A stretch of DNA of 64,000 nucleotides from Nitrospirota bacterium. Lineage in GTDB: Bacteria > Nitrospirota > UBA9217. Positions 12,043-22,419 of the stretch are shown here, piece by piece (position 1 is the first letter of the stretch; each line of letters begins with the position of its first letter). The notes under the pieces were generated by a model that ran no database searches, was not told the origin of the DNA, and was given only the letters and a program-made list of their open reading frames with translations. The stretch lies in NCBI GenBank assembly GCA_963796285.1, contig CAWCKW010000012.1:224001-288000 (forward strand), written 5' to 3'. The translations under genes were made by a program, and so were the position numbers.

Positions 12043-13082
12043 GACCTTATCTTGTGTTCGTATTTTCTGCTTTTTGCGGCAGAGCGCTCGGGCTTCGGAT
12101 CACCTTCTTTATTTTGAGGCACAGGAAATGTTCGGCTACTCATCATCGCTAGGGAAGACGGTGCCATACTCGATCAATCCCCGATCTGAAATGCAGCAGC
12201 CCAGTCTGGGGTTCGATTATCTGCAGCGGATTTCAGGTGAACCAGGGGATGTGGCTATATTTGCTCTCCAGTGTCGTCTTGCTGTGACTCCGGGTTGACC
12301 AGGTTCCGGGCTACAGATCCATCCGCGCTGAGCTTTAAAGGGAGCAAGATGGCTTTAAATGCAATTGCAGATATACAATGCTTATTTAAAAGTGAAGACG
12401 CCGTGGACGTACGTATGGATCGGACACAATCGTCCCGCGTTCGGGCTTTCATCAAATCTCGACAGCCATGGACTGTTGCTTGCGACCCTTGAAATGCGTC
12501 GGTATTTATGACCGGGACTGGGGGGTGGGGGGCATACAAGGATTTTTCCTGGGGCGATATTGCGGCCAGCGTCACCTGCGGGTCGGGGATGCCGATCTAT
12601 CAAAGCGTTCCGGGAACGCCGTTCGATAGCCATTATATGACTGCTGCGCGGGTCTCCTACGGTGTGTTGGAACGGGACAATTTCAATGCCGGATTTTCAC
12701 TGGGCTAAGGCCGGACCCTTCAGACCGTAGGATACACGCTTATGGACATCGAAGCCGCGTTCGATGCGGCTGGCGGGTGCGGACTTGACCATGCTCCCGG
12801 ACAACCTTGAGCACCGATTTGAACTGCTCAGGGAGAGTGGCTGGGGGAGGATGTTCGCGCCGTTCTACCGGTTTGGCGTGAATCTTGACCAGGAAGGACG
12901 GTCCAAGATCGAGACCCAGACGATATACTGGAAATACGCCGGAGAAGAGGATCACCAGACTGCATTGTGTTTTTTCGTTCTGGCTGACTCCGGATCTCAC
13001 GGTGCGGACCGAGTATATTTACGATCACCAAATGAACGACAACAGGTTCCTGCTGCAGATCTATTACTATAGCCCGATATGA
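12035..13082 (+). pseudogene. Degraded putative outer-membrane beta-barrel protein
   Basis: Fragments (LLYFEAQ, PSLGFDYLQR, AARVSYG, RFLLQIYYY) broken by frameshifts and an in-frame TAA at 12706. Confidence 0.45.
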
Positions 13083-13140
13083 ATCGTCATCAGGAAAGGG
13101 AAAAAACTACCGATGAAGACGGATAAACACACTGACGAAA

Positions 13141-13864
13141 ATGCCCGGTCCCGGACGGGCCACTCAATGTTCTTCTGTTGTTCACGGCGGAATATTCGGG
13201 GAGGCGCGGCGCCGGTATCAGAGTGCCGTTACCGCGGGCCTCATCGTCATGCTGTTGAGTTCCGGCCCGGCATTTGGCGCGGTCGGGTGCGATCTCAATG
13301 ATCCCGACCGCGATGTGGCGAGGATCTTCCCGGAATCAACGGGGTATAAGGCGGTTTACCTGTCCGTGCAGCAGCAGGGAGGCGAAAAACTCCTCGCGAC
13401 GATTGAGGCGGAGCTGGGCGACAAGTTTCACGGTCTGTACGAGACGATCGACAATCCCTTATACGATTTACGAAATATATGCGAAAAAAAAGAAGGTCGG
13501 TTATATCCACGGCGTCAACCAGAAAGGACAGTTCGGCGGCATCCAGGTTTTTCTTGCCCTCGACCTCGACGGGGGGATCAAGGCATTCTACATCCAGAAA
13601 ATGACCAGCCAATATGCCGGGAAACTGCGCGCTGCTGAATTCGGGAAGCAATTCATCGGCTTTACGCTCAAAGATTTTGAACAGTATGACGTCGTTTCGG
13701 GAAAGGCGGCAGGCAAGGTCGGGGAGATCAGGAACCCGGCGCCTAAGGCGGAGGCGGATTTCCGGGCGATCCTGCGGGCCACGAAGAAAAACCTCATCCT
13801 GATGAAGGAACTTGTGTATGCGCCGCAATCCCCGTCGTCGAAGAACGGAGCAGCTTCGCAATGA
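13141..13864 (+). CDS. Exported protein, FMN-binding (RnfG/NosR-like) fold candidate, frameshifted
   Basis: AVGCDLNDPDRDV joined to YIHGVNQKGQFGGIQVFLALD. Confidence 0.5.
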
Positions 13865-15053
13865 TCACGAAATTCCAGGTAGCCTATAAAAATCTTCTGC
13901 GGAAAAAGATCCGAAGTCTCCTGACCCTCGTCGGCATCGCTCTTTCCGCCTGGGTGCTGGTGAGCCTTCTCGGGTTCAATCACGGCTTTGAAACCGCGCT
14001 GAACAAGGACATCGACAACATGGGTTTTCAGATGATGGTCATGGCCAAGGGCTGTCCCTACGAGGCCGCGACCATGATGCTGAAGGGCGGCACCGGGCTG
14101 AAATATATGGATCAATCGATCAGGCGATACCATCAGGAAAGAGCCGGGGGTGGAGAAGATCACGCCGATGCTGATGGCGGCCGTATTTGATCCGAACAAG
14201 GGTGAAAGCGGCGGCATCGCCGCATACTTCGGCGTGGAGCCGAAAAGTTTCAGCGAGATGAAGACCTTTCTCAAATTCAGGCAGGGAGGATGGTTTAGCA
14301 AGCTGAACTCCTACGAGGCGGTAATGGGATATGAAGCCGCCGAGCTTGAACAGCGGGAGGTCGGCGACCTGATCCTCATCCCCGAAAAGAACGTCCAGTT
14401 CAAGGTCGTCGGCATCCTGAACGGAACGGGAACCCAGGACGACGGAACGATTTTTGTGCCCCTCGGGACGCTCCAGAAAATATTCGATAGAAGTCGATGA
14501 ATTGACAACGATCGGGGTCAAAGTCAGAAAGGACGCCGACATCGCCCGCATCGAGGAGAAGCTCTATGCGCTGCCGGACGTCCAGGTGGTGAGCCTGTCC
14601 CAGGTGAAGGAGACGATCATGTCGCTTGTTTCCACGGCGAAAGTGCTGGTACTCTCCATTGCGATCATCGCGATCCTGATTGCCATGGTCGGGGTCGTCA
14701 ACACGATCCTGATGTCGGTCCATGAACGGTTCCAGGAGATCGGCATTTTAAAGACCATCGGCGCCATGCCGCTGGGACATATTCCAAATCATCTGGATCG
14801 AGACACTGCTCCTCTGCACACTTGGAGGCATACTCGGCGTATCATGGCGCTGCTCCTCTCGGATAACGGAGCTGGTGATCGCGCACCATCCTGTCTTATT
14901 CGCCTTACGGAGGTCTGGTAATGATGACCATGAAGCTGGTCCTGTTCACGCTGGTGCGATCTGGGTATAGGGATCCTCAGCGGACTCTATCCGGCCTGGA
15001 AAGCGGGCAGAATCAGGCCACTCGAGGCGATACGGAGCGATGTCAACGGATGA
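13861..15053 (+). CDS. MacB/FtsX-family ABC permease, frameshifted
   Basis: NLLRKKIRSLLTLVGI, NTILMSVHERFQEIGILKTIGA, YPAWKAGRIRPLEAIR. Confidence 0.8.
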
Positions 15054-15814
15054 AACAGGATGATATTTCCATGGAAGCAAATAATTTGACCAAGGTCTAT
15101 ACCATCGCGGAAGCGAGGAGATAACCGCGGTCCATGATGTTTCGCTGAAGATCAACAGGGGGGAATTCGTATCGATCATCGGACCGTCAGGGTCCGGCAA
15201 GACCACTCTGGTCAATTTGCTGGGTTGTCTCGACAACCCGACTCGGGCGAATTGCCCCTCGACGGCAGGAGGATCTTCAGCAGGGAGGCAATAAGCTTTC
15301 GGAGACGCAAGCTGACGGAGATCAGGCGGGAGACGTTTGGATATATTTTCCAGAATTTCTACCTCATTCCGACACTGACCGTGATGGAGAACGTGATGCT
15401 GCCGCTGACCTTTTATCGCAAAGCAGGGCGCCGGGAACGATGTGATGGGACTCTTAAAACTCTTGGGCATCGACCACCGGAAGGACCATCTGCCGGGCCA
15501 GATTTCCGGCGGCGAAATGCAGCGGGTGGCGATTGCGCAGGGCATTGGTGAACAAGCCGGAAATACTGCTGGCCGATGAACCCACGGGAAATCTTGACAC
15601 AAAACGGTCTGCGGAGATCGTATGGATCTTGAGGGAGCTCAGCACAAACGACGGATTGACCATAATCATGGTCACCCATAACCTGAAATTGGCCGGTCAG
15701 GCCGACCGCTTGTTTGAGATGAGAGACGGGTTGATAATTCACGCCCCGACCAACGACGCGGCGACATCCGCGGTCCGCGGCATTGCTTCAAACGATCGAT
15801 CCGGTATATTATGA
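15050..15814 (+). CDS. ABC ATP-binding protein (LolD/MacB type), frameshifted
   Basis: [31 protein letters not shown]. Confidence 0.85.
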
Positions 15815-16755
15815 AAGCACCACAAAAAAGAAAAGTCCGTGCGATCGTTCTCACGCTCGCGGCGACGGCCGTATTTGCGGGATTGGCATCGCTCAACGCC
15901 TGCCGGGTATCTCAATTCGGCTTCTTCAATAAGCTTAACTCCATAACGATCACGCCTGCCAATCCGGTCGTGGCGGGAGGTACCCAATTGCAGTTAAGGG
16001 CCACCGGAGTCTATTTGGATGCCTCCACTCAGGACATGACCACGCTCGTAAGCTGGGCCGCATCGGGACCGATAGTGACTGTCTCCGCAACAGGCCTCGC
16101 AACGGTGGCTCAGGTGACCGCTCCCGATACGTGCACCATCACGGCAACGGAGCCGGGAGGCATTTCTGGCAGCGTGTCTCTGACCATAAAGAACGCACAG
16201 TTGACCGCCATCGACGTATCTCCCGCGAGCGCTGATCTCGACGGCGGGATCATGACCGCTCTCACGGCTATGGGGACGTTCGCAAGCGATGGAGAGACTT
16301 TTCTCCAGGATATAACCGCAATGGCGACCTGGAGCAGCTCCGATGAAGCTGTTGCAACCGTTGATGCAGGCATCGTCACGGGTGTAAACGGCGGGATAAC
16401 CGCTATTACTGCGTCATGGGGGAATATAACATCGAACAATGCCGAAATTACCGTATCGGGCAAATCGCTCGTGTCACTGGATATCAATCCAAAGGATGCC
16501 GTTGTCCAGAGAATGACAGGGATTTTCTTTACGGCCACCGGAACATTCAATGACGGCTCTGTGGTGGATCTTACCCAGTCGGTGACCTGGAGCACCTCGG
16601 ACCCAACGATTGCGAGGATCGGATCGTATAATGCAAATGTGCCGGGGATGACCATAATCACGCTACACATCCCCGGGACGGTAACGATCACAGCAAAGCT
16701 GGGTAATATAACAGCGAGTACAACGTTGACCGCGTCAGCTACGGCACCATATTAG
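15811..16755 (+). CDS. Lipoprotein with three Big_2 domains, paralog of 8322-9251
   Basis: LNAC lipobox-like site; shares TVSATGLA, TCTITAT, LTIKN and QDIT..ATWSS with the first copy. Confidence 0.8.
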   Translation: MKAPQKRKVRAIVLTLAATAVFAGLASLNACRVSQFGFFNKLNSITITPANPVVAGGTQLQLRATGVYLDASTQDMTTLVSWAASGPIVTVSATGLATVAQVTAPDTCTITATEPGGISGSVSLTIKNAQLTAIDVSPASADLDGGIMTALTAMGTFASDGETFLQDITAMATWSSSDEAVATVDAGIVTGVNGGITAITASWGNITSNNAEITVSGKSLVSLDINPKDAVVQRMTGIFFTATGTFNDGSVVDLTQSVTWSTSDPTIARIGSYNANVPGMTIITLHIPGTVTITAKLGNITASTTLTASATAPY

Positions 16756-17515
16756 TCAGCAACACTGCCCCTATGGGGCTATACCAAACCACCGTACGCC
16801 GGTGGTCATGACATGAAGAATATCCATACCCCTATTTTGCCGGCGCCGCTGAAATCGATCCAGGGTATTACGTGCATGTCGTTTATCGAGAGATGTCCCA
16901 GAAGAGCCATCAGGACGGCAATCCCCCTCAGGCCATCGAGCGCATCTATCTGTAATAACGGGTCAGAAATCCTAAGTTGGAAGCGATCTGGCTATGTCAT
17001 TTCTGTTTCGAGATGGATTTATTGTCTCCTGACGAGAAGAAAGCGCTGATCTCTGTGAGGCGAAATCGGAATGATCGTTGATATTAACGGTGCATTGGGT
17101 ATAAAACCCATCGGCATGGTCATAGTATACGCCGACATCGACATCGCTAATCAAGAGCTTTTCTCTGATGTGTCAACCCAAAATAGAAATGTCCGCTTTT
17201 AGGAAGCAACGGAAAGTTGTTCCTTTGTTCTTCGGTTTGGTTTAAAAGATCTCTTCCAGGGGTGATCTGGTAGTTGTTTCCGTCCTTTCTTTTTCCGAAT
17301 ACATATCGGTGTTTTAGGGTTTTCTTTGGCTGGGCGTGTCGAGATCTCCCGGTATCTTGAGTCCAGGCCCTTGTTGGTTATGTGCAATGAGACAACGATT
17401 CGTTCTTCCACGGCGACCTTTTGGGCTTTTCTCTGATGACGGTAAACGCAAAAACGTCTATCGGCCTTGAGACTTGGTCATGACCGGATAGGCAAACCGT
17501 TTATTCTGTTTATCC

Positions 17516-17543
17516 TTGACGATTATCGCAGAATCAGTATAAT
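17516..17543 (+). promoter_or_regulatory. sigma70-like promoter of lysS
   Basis: TTGACG-16 nt-TATAAT. Confidence 0.6.
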
Positions 17544-17579
17544 CCGCTGTAGATTATCAATTTATTGAAGGGGATTTTC

Positions 17580-19118
17580 ATGGAAGATTACAACGAACTG
17601 ATCCAGCAGCGGTTTAAGAAGCTTGCCGAGATCAGCGCGATGGGCCATAAACCGTACGCCGGCAGGTTCGATGTTTCGACGTCGTCGCAGGCCCTCCTGG
17701 ATACCTATGGACAATCGACAAAGGAAGAGCTTGAACAAAAAAAGGTCGAAGTTACCGTAGCCGGACGGATCGTGGCCATGCGGAGCTTCGGCAAGGCCGG
17801 TTTCGGCCACATCCAGGACGGCTCGGGAAGGATCCAGGTCTATTTCCAGAAGAACACGCTCGGCGATGACCAATATGCCTTGTTCAAAAAGCTGGACATC
17901 GGTGACTTCATCGGCATGAAGGGTTTTCTGTTCCGTACCAAAACGAATGAGCTCACGATCGACATGGAGGGGTTCACCCTCCTCTCGAAATCACTGCGGC
18001 CCTTGCCCGAGAAATGGCATGGCCTGACGGATGTCGAGATCCGCTACCGTCAGCGGTACGTGGACCTGATCGTCAATCCCGAGGTCAAGAACGTTTTTTT
18101 GCTCCGCACGAAGATCGTCCAGGCAATCAGGGGATTTCTGAACACGCGCGGGTATATCGAAGTCGAGACGCCGATGATGCAGTCCGTTCCCGGAGGCGCC
18201 ACGGCCCGGCCGTTCAAGACGCACCACAACGCCCTGGACATGGACCTTTTCCTCCGCATCGCGCCCGAGCTGTACCTCAAGCGGCTGCTGGTGGGCGGTT
18301 TTGAAAAGGTCTACGAGATCAACCGCAATTTCAGAAATGAAGGCATCTCGACCCGGCATAACCCCGAGTTCACCATGCTCGAGTTCTATACAGCCTACGC
18401 CGATTACCGCGACCTCATGACCATGACCGAGCTGATGATCAGCTCCGTGGCAATGGAGGTCCTCGGCAGGACCGAGGTGGATTACGAGGGACACCGGATC
18501 AATCTTTCGCCGCCGTGGAAGCGTATCACCTACCTCGATTCTCTTCGTGAAGCGGGCGTGCCGGAGGAGGTCCTTGCCGATAGTGTGCAAGCCCGGGAGT
18601 ATGCGAAAAAACTCGGAGCGAACCTGACGGGCGGAGAACCTGTGGGAAAGGTCCTGAATGAGATATTCGAGGCGCTTGTAGAGCCCAAGCTCATTCAACC
18701 CACCTTTATCACCGACTATCCAACGGACATATCTCCGCTCTCAAAGAAATGTGATGACAATCCTGATTACGTGGAGCGGTTCGAGCTGTTCGTTGTGGGA
18801 AGGGAGCTGGCGAATGCCTTCTCCGAGTTGAACGACCCGGTGGACCAGAAAGAGCGGTTCCTTAAGCAGGTTTCGGAGGGCGAGGCAGGGGACGAAGAGG
18901 CCCACAAGATGGACGAAGACTTCATCCGCGCCCTGGAGTACGGGATGCCTCCGGCTGCCGGGGAGGGGATCGGCATCGACCGCCTGGTGATGCTTCTTAC
19001 CGGTTCAAACTCCATCCGGGATGTGATCCTGTTCCCTCAGATGAAAAAGGAAAAATCGAAAAATGCGGTTTCAACCACAGAGGACGCAGAGGTTCAGGTA
19101 TCAGATAGCTCGAATTGA
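17580..19118 (+). CDS. lysS: Lysine--tRNA ligase (class II)
   Basis: RYRQRYVDL, RIAPELYLKRL, FRNEG..HNPEF, GIGIDRLVM. Confidence 0.98.
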   Translation: MEDYNELIQQRFKKLAEISAMGHKPYAGRFDVSTSSQALLDTYGQSTKEELEQKKVEVTVAGRIVAMRSFGKAGFGHIQDGSGRIQVYFQKNTLGDDQYALFKKLDIGDFIGMKGFLFRTKTNELTIDMEGFTLLSKSLRPLPEKWHGLTDVEIRYRQRYVDLIVNPEVKNVFLLRTKIVQAIRGFLNTRGYIEVETPMMQSVPGGATARPFKTHHNALDMDLFLRIAPELYLKRLLVGGFEKVYEINRNFRNEGISTRHNPEFTMLEFYTAYADYRDLMTMTELMISSVAMEVLGRTEVDYEGHRINLSPPWKRITYLDSLREAGVPEEVLADSVQAREYAKKLGANLTGGEPVGKVLNEIFEALVEPKLIQPTFITDYPTDISPLSKKCDDNPDYVERFELFVVGRELANAFSELNDPVDQKERFLKQVSEGEAGDEEAHKMDEDFIRALEYGMPPAAGEGIGIDRLVMLLTGSNSIRDVILFPQMKKEKSKNAVSTTEDAEVQVSDSSN

Positions 19119-19153
19119 TTATTACTCAGTACTTCTAACTTGATCTCTGTGGT
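19074..19153. repeat. Inverted-repeat element at lysS/lolC junction
   Basis: ACCACAGAG(GACGCAGAG)...CTCTGTGGT. Confidence 0.6.
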
Positions 19154-19167
19154 GAACGATTTAACTC

Positions 19168-20403
19168 ATGAAAATCCCCTACGAAATATTCATCAGTCTC
19201 CGCTACCTGAGGACCAAGAAGCGCTATGGTACTATCTCACTCAACACGTTCATCTCCATCGCCGGGGTGGTGATCGGGGTGGCCACCTCCTTGATCACCC
19301 TTGCGGTCATGACCGGTTTTCAGGGTTATTTCCGCGACAAGATCCTTTCCGCCATGCCGCACATTGTGGTGATGGAGTTCACCGGCACCGGCGTTACAGA
19401 CCAGAAAACCCTTCAGGAAAAGGTCGAACGGGTCAAGCACGTCACGGCCACAACCCCTTTTATCTATGCCCAATCGATGCTGACGACCAAAGATCGCATG
19501 CAGGGGGTGGTTGTGCGGGGTATCGACCCGAAAACCGAGGGAAAGGTGACCGATCTGGCGAAGAACATGACCGTCGGTTCGCTCACGGACCTTGACGATG
19601 CGGAGGGGAAACCGCCCCGGATCATCATCGGCGAAGACCTTGCCAGAAAGCTCGGAGTTTCGGTCGGAGAGACAATTACGATGGTGAACCCGCTCGGCGA
19701 GGAAACGTCCATGGGCGTCATCCCGAAAATGAAAAAATTCGTGGTGGCCGGCCTGTTCGATGCCGGGATGTACGATTATAATACCAGCTTCGTCTACATA
19801 ACGATTCCCGCCGCCCAGAAGTTTTTTGAGATGCCGGGCCGCGTAAGCGGAGTCCAGGTGAGGGTCGATGATATCTATCAGGCCGATACAATCGCTTCGG
19901 CGATCCAGGCGTCCGCAGGATATCCCTTCTACACGCGCAATTGGATGGAGATGAACAAGAACTTCTTTTCAGCCCTGCTGCTCGAAAAGATCGGCATGTC
20001 GCTTATCCTTGTCGTCATCATCATTGTGGCATCGTTCAATATCGTCGGGACCCTCACGATGATCGTCATGGAGAAAAACAGGGAGATCGCCATCCTGAAA
20101 TCCATGGGTTCGCCCGCGCAGAGCATTATGAAGATATTCATGTTCGCGGGCCTTGCCATCGGCTGCGTGGGAACGATCATCGGGGTGGTCATCGGTTACG
20201 GAGCGGTTACGATCATCACCAGGACCAACATCATAACGCTGCCGAAAGACGTGTACCAGGTAAGCCATCTGCCGCTCTCCATTACCGGACTCGATGTGCT
20301 CACGATAGCGCTCACCGCGCTCGGGATCAGTTTTCTCGCCACGCTCTACCCGTCATGGCAGGCGGCAAAACAGGACCCCGTGGAAGTGCTGAGATACGAA
20401 TAA
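19168..20403 (+). CDS. lolE: Lipoprotein-releasing ABC permease LolC/E
   Basis: ISIAGVVIGV, AVMTGF, EKNREIAILKSMG, LATLYPSWQAAKQDPVEVLRYE. Confidence 0.9.
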   Translation: MKIPYEIFISLRYLRTKKRYGTISLNTFISIAGVVIGVATSLITLAVMTGFQGYFRDKILSAMPHIVVMEFTGTGVTDQKTLQEKVERVKHVTATTPFIYAQSMLTTKDRMQGVVVRGIDPKTEGKVTDLAKNMTVGSLTDLDDAEGKPPRIIIGEDLARKLGVSVGETITMVNPLGEETSMGVIPKMKKFVVAGLFDAGMYDYNTSFVYITIPAAQKFFEMPGRVSGVQVRVDDIYQADTIASAIQASAGYPFYTRNWMEMNKNFFSALLLEKIGMSLILVVIIIVASFNIVGTLTMIVMEKNREIAILKSMGSPAQSIMKIFMFAGLAIGCVGTIIGVVIGYGAVTIITRTNIITLPKDVYQVSHLPLSITGLDVLTIALTALGISFLATLYPSWQAAKQDPVEVLRYE

Positions 20404-20519
20404 ATACGAAGAGGGAAGAAGGACGAGAGACGGAAAGGCATTGAAGATCGCGTCCATCGTCCCAGTGAGCGACGCAAACGGACATCCCTCGTCTCTCGCG
20501 TAATCACAAGGAGGTCATC

Positions 20520-20759
20520 ATGGCACAAAAGGGAGGAAAAATGAAAAGGTTCATTCTCATCGTGATCTTTCTGGCAGTGTTTTCCGCGGCTTTTATCCTC
20601 TTGGGAGGCGGAAACTTTCTTAAATCCGCCGGTATTTGGATCGGCAGTCTGGGCAGCAAGGCGGAAAACATGAAAGGGAAAATCGAGGAAGGCGCAACGT
20701 CGGTCGAAAAGAAGGCGGGAAAGGTGAAGGAAGCGGTAACGTCGGGAGAAAAGAAATAA
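20520..20759 (+). CDS. Small membrane-anchored hypothetical protein
   Basis: AGGAGG RBS, one TM helix, Lys/Glu-rich tail. Confidence 0.65.
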   Translation: MAQKGGKMKRFILIVIFLAVFSAAFILLGGGNFLKSAGIWIGSLGSKAENMKGKIEEGATSVEKKAGKVKEAVTSGEKK

Positions 20760-21442
20760 CGCATACACTTATCCATATTGAGCAGCTCCGAAAAACGTTC
20801 ATGAGCGGTCCCGTGGAACTCCCCGTTCTTGACGGCATCGATCTCGACATCCAGGCAGGAGAGATGCTCGCAATTGTCGGAGCATCGGGTGTCGGGAAAA
20901 GCACGTTGCTCCACATCGTGGGCGGTCTCGACCGGCCGACGTCCGGCAAAGTCTATTACGGGGATATCGACGTTTTCGGTCTTGACAACGGCCAGCTGTC
21001 TCGATTTCGCAACGCCCGGGTGGGGTTCGTGTTCCAGTTCCACCATCTGCTCCCTGAGTTTACAGCGCTCGAAAACGTCATGTTGCCCGCGCTCATCCGG
21101 AGGATGGCCCGCGAAGAAGCGGCCGATGCTGCCAGGAGAATATTGACCGATGTCGGGCTCGGAGCGCGGGTCCTTCACCGTCCCGGTGAGCTCTCGGGCG
21201 GAGAACAGCAGCGCGTTGCTGTCGCCCGGGCCCTGATGCTGAAACCGGATGTCGTGCTTGCCGATGAACCGACCGGCAATCTCGATATGCATACCGGCGA
21301 GTCTGTCCATGACCTCCTTCTCGGGATCAATAAACAGCAAGGCATAACCTTCGTGATCGTGACGCATAACGACAAACTTGCGCTCCGTGCGGACCGCGTG
21401 CTCAAGATGACTGAGGGCAAACTCATCCTTGATCATTCATAG
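20756..21442 (+). CDS. lolD: Lipoprotein-releasing ABC ATPase
   Basis: [36 protein letters not shown]; start uncertain (ATA 20756 or ATG 20801). Confidence 0.9.
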   Translation: MTHTLIHIEQLRKTFMSGPVELPVLDGIDLDIQAGEMLAIVGASGVGKSTLLHIVGGLDRPTSGKVYYGDIDVFGLDNGQLSRFRNARVGFVFQFHHLLPEFTALENVMLPALIRRMAREEAADAARRILTDVGLGARVLHRPGELSGGEQQRVAVARALMLKPDVVLADEPTGNLDMHTGESVHDLLLGINKQQGITFVIVTHNDKLALRADRVLKMTEGKLILDHS

Positions 21443-21526
21443 AAGGGTAGTCAGCATTGCCTGCCGGTTGCCCCGATTCCATGACTCTGTGGTACGTTTG
21501 GCTCGTGATCGGACCCAGTTTTTCCC

Positions 21527-21556
21527 TTGACTTTAAGCAGCGGTAAAAAGTATTAT
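21527..21556 (+). promoter_or_regulatory. sigma70-like promoter of ccsA-hem operon
   Basis: TTGACT-18 nt-TATTAT. Confidence 0.45.
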
Positions 21557-21594
21557 AAAAAAATATCCATCAGACCATCATTGGGAATGACCTT

Positions 21595-22407
21595 ATGAAT
21601 CTCTTGTTTTTTCAACTAGCATTCGGCTCTTATCTGCTCGCAACAGCAGGGTACATTGCTTACTTCATCAAGCCTGAACAGAAGTGGACGGCTACCGCTT
21701 CGCTCTGGGTGACGGTCCTTGGCTTCCTGCTCCATATTGCTTATTTTCTCCTCCGGTGGACCGAATCAGGACGCATCCCGATCACCAGCTTCTTCGAGGC
21801 GGCGAATTTCCTCGGCATGGGCATCGTGCTCGTGTTTCTTATCATGGAGTTCCGCTTCAAGATCGCAACGCTCGGATCGTTCATGCTTCCTCTCGTTATA
21901 GTTCTCATGGCCCCGGCACTCATCCTGTCAGGCGACATCAAAGAAATAAATCCCGTGCTCAAGAGCGGATGGCTCGGCGTGCACACGAGTCTGGCAGTCC
22001 TCGGAGACGCAGCCTTCGCATTCGCCTTTATCGTTTCGATCATGTATTTGATCCAGGAGCGCCAGCTCAAGTCCAAACACCTGGGCGCGATCTTTCACCG
22101 GCTGCCGTCCCTCGATATCATGGATACCCTCGGCTACAAGGCACTGACGTTCGGCTGGCCCCTCTACACACTTGGTATGCTTACCGGCTCTATCTGGGCG
22201 AACAGTGCCTGGGGTTCGTACTGGAGCTGGGACCCGAAGGAAACCTGGTCGCTCATTACGTGGGTCATTTATCTCGCGCTTCTGCATCTTCGTACCATCG
22301 GATGGCGCGGAAGAAAAATGGCCTTTCTTTCGATCATCGGCTTTGTCTTTGTACTGGTCAGTTTTTTTGTGGTAAGCCGCTTAGAGATGGGGAAACACAG
22401 TTTTTAA
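21595..22407 (+). CDS. ccsA: Cytochrome c biogenesis protein CcsA/ResC (system II)
   Basis: WWD motif WANSAWGSYWSWDPKETW; multi-TM. Confidence 0.92.
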   Translation: MNLLFFQLAFGSYLLATAGYIAYFIKPEQKWTATASLWVTVLGFLLHIAYFLLRWTESGRIPITSFFEAANFLGMGIVLVFLIMEFRFKIATLGSFMLPLVIVLMAPALILSGDIKEINPVLKSGWLGVHTSLAVLGDAAFAFAFIVSIMYLIQERQLKSKHLGAIFHRLPSLDIMDTLGYKALTFGWPLYTLGMLTGSIWANSAWGSYWSWDPKETWSLITWVIYLALLHLRTIGWRGRKMAFLSIIGFVFVLVSFFVVSRLEMGKHSF

Positions 22408-22419
22408 GGTGATGGCAGA

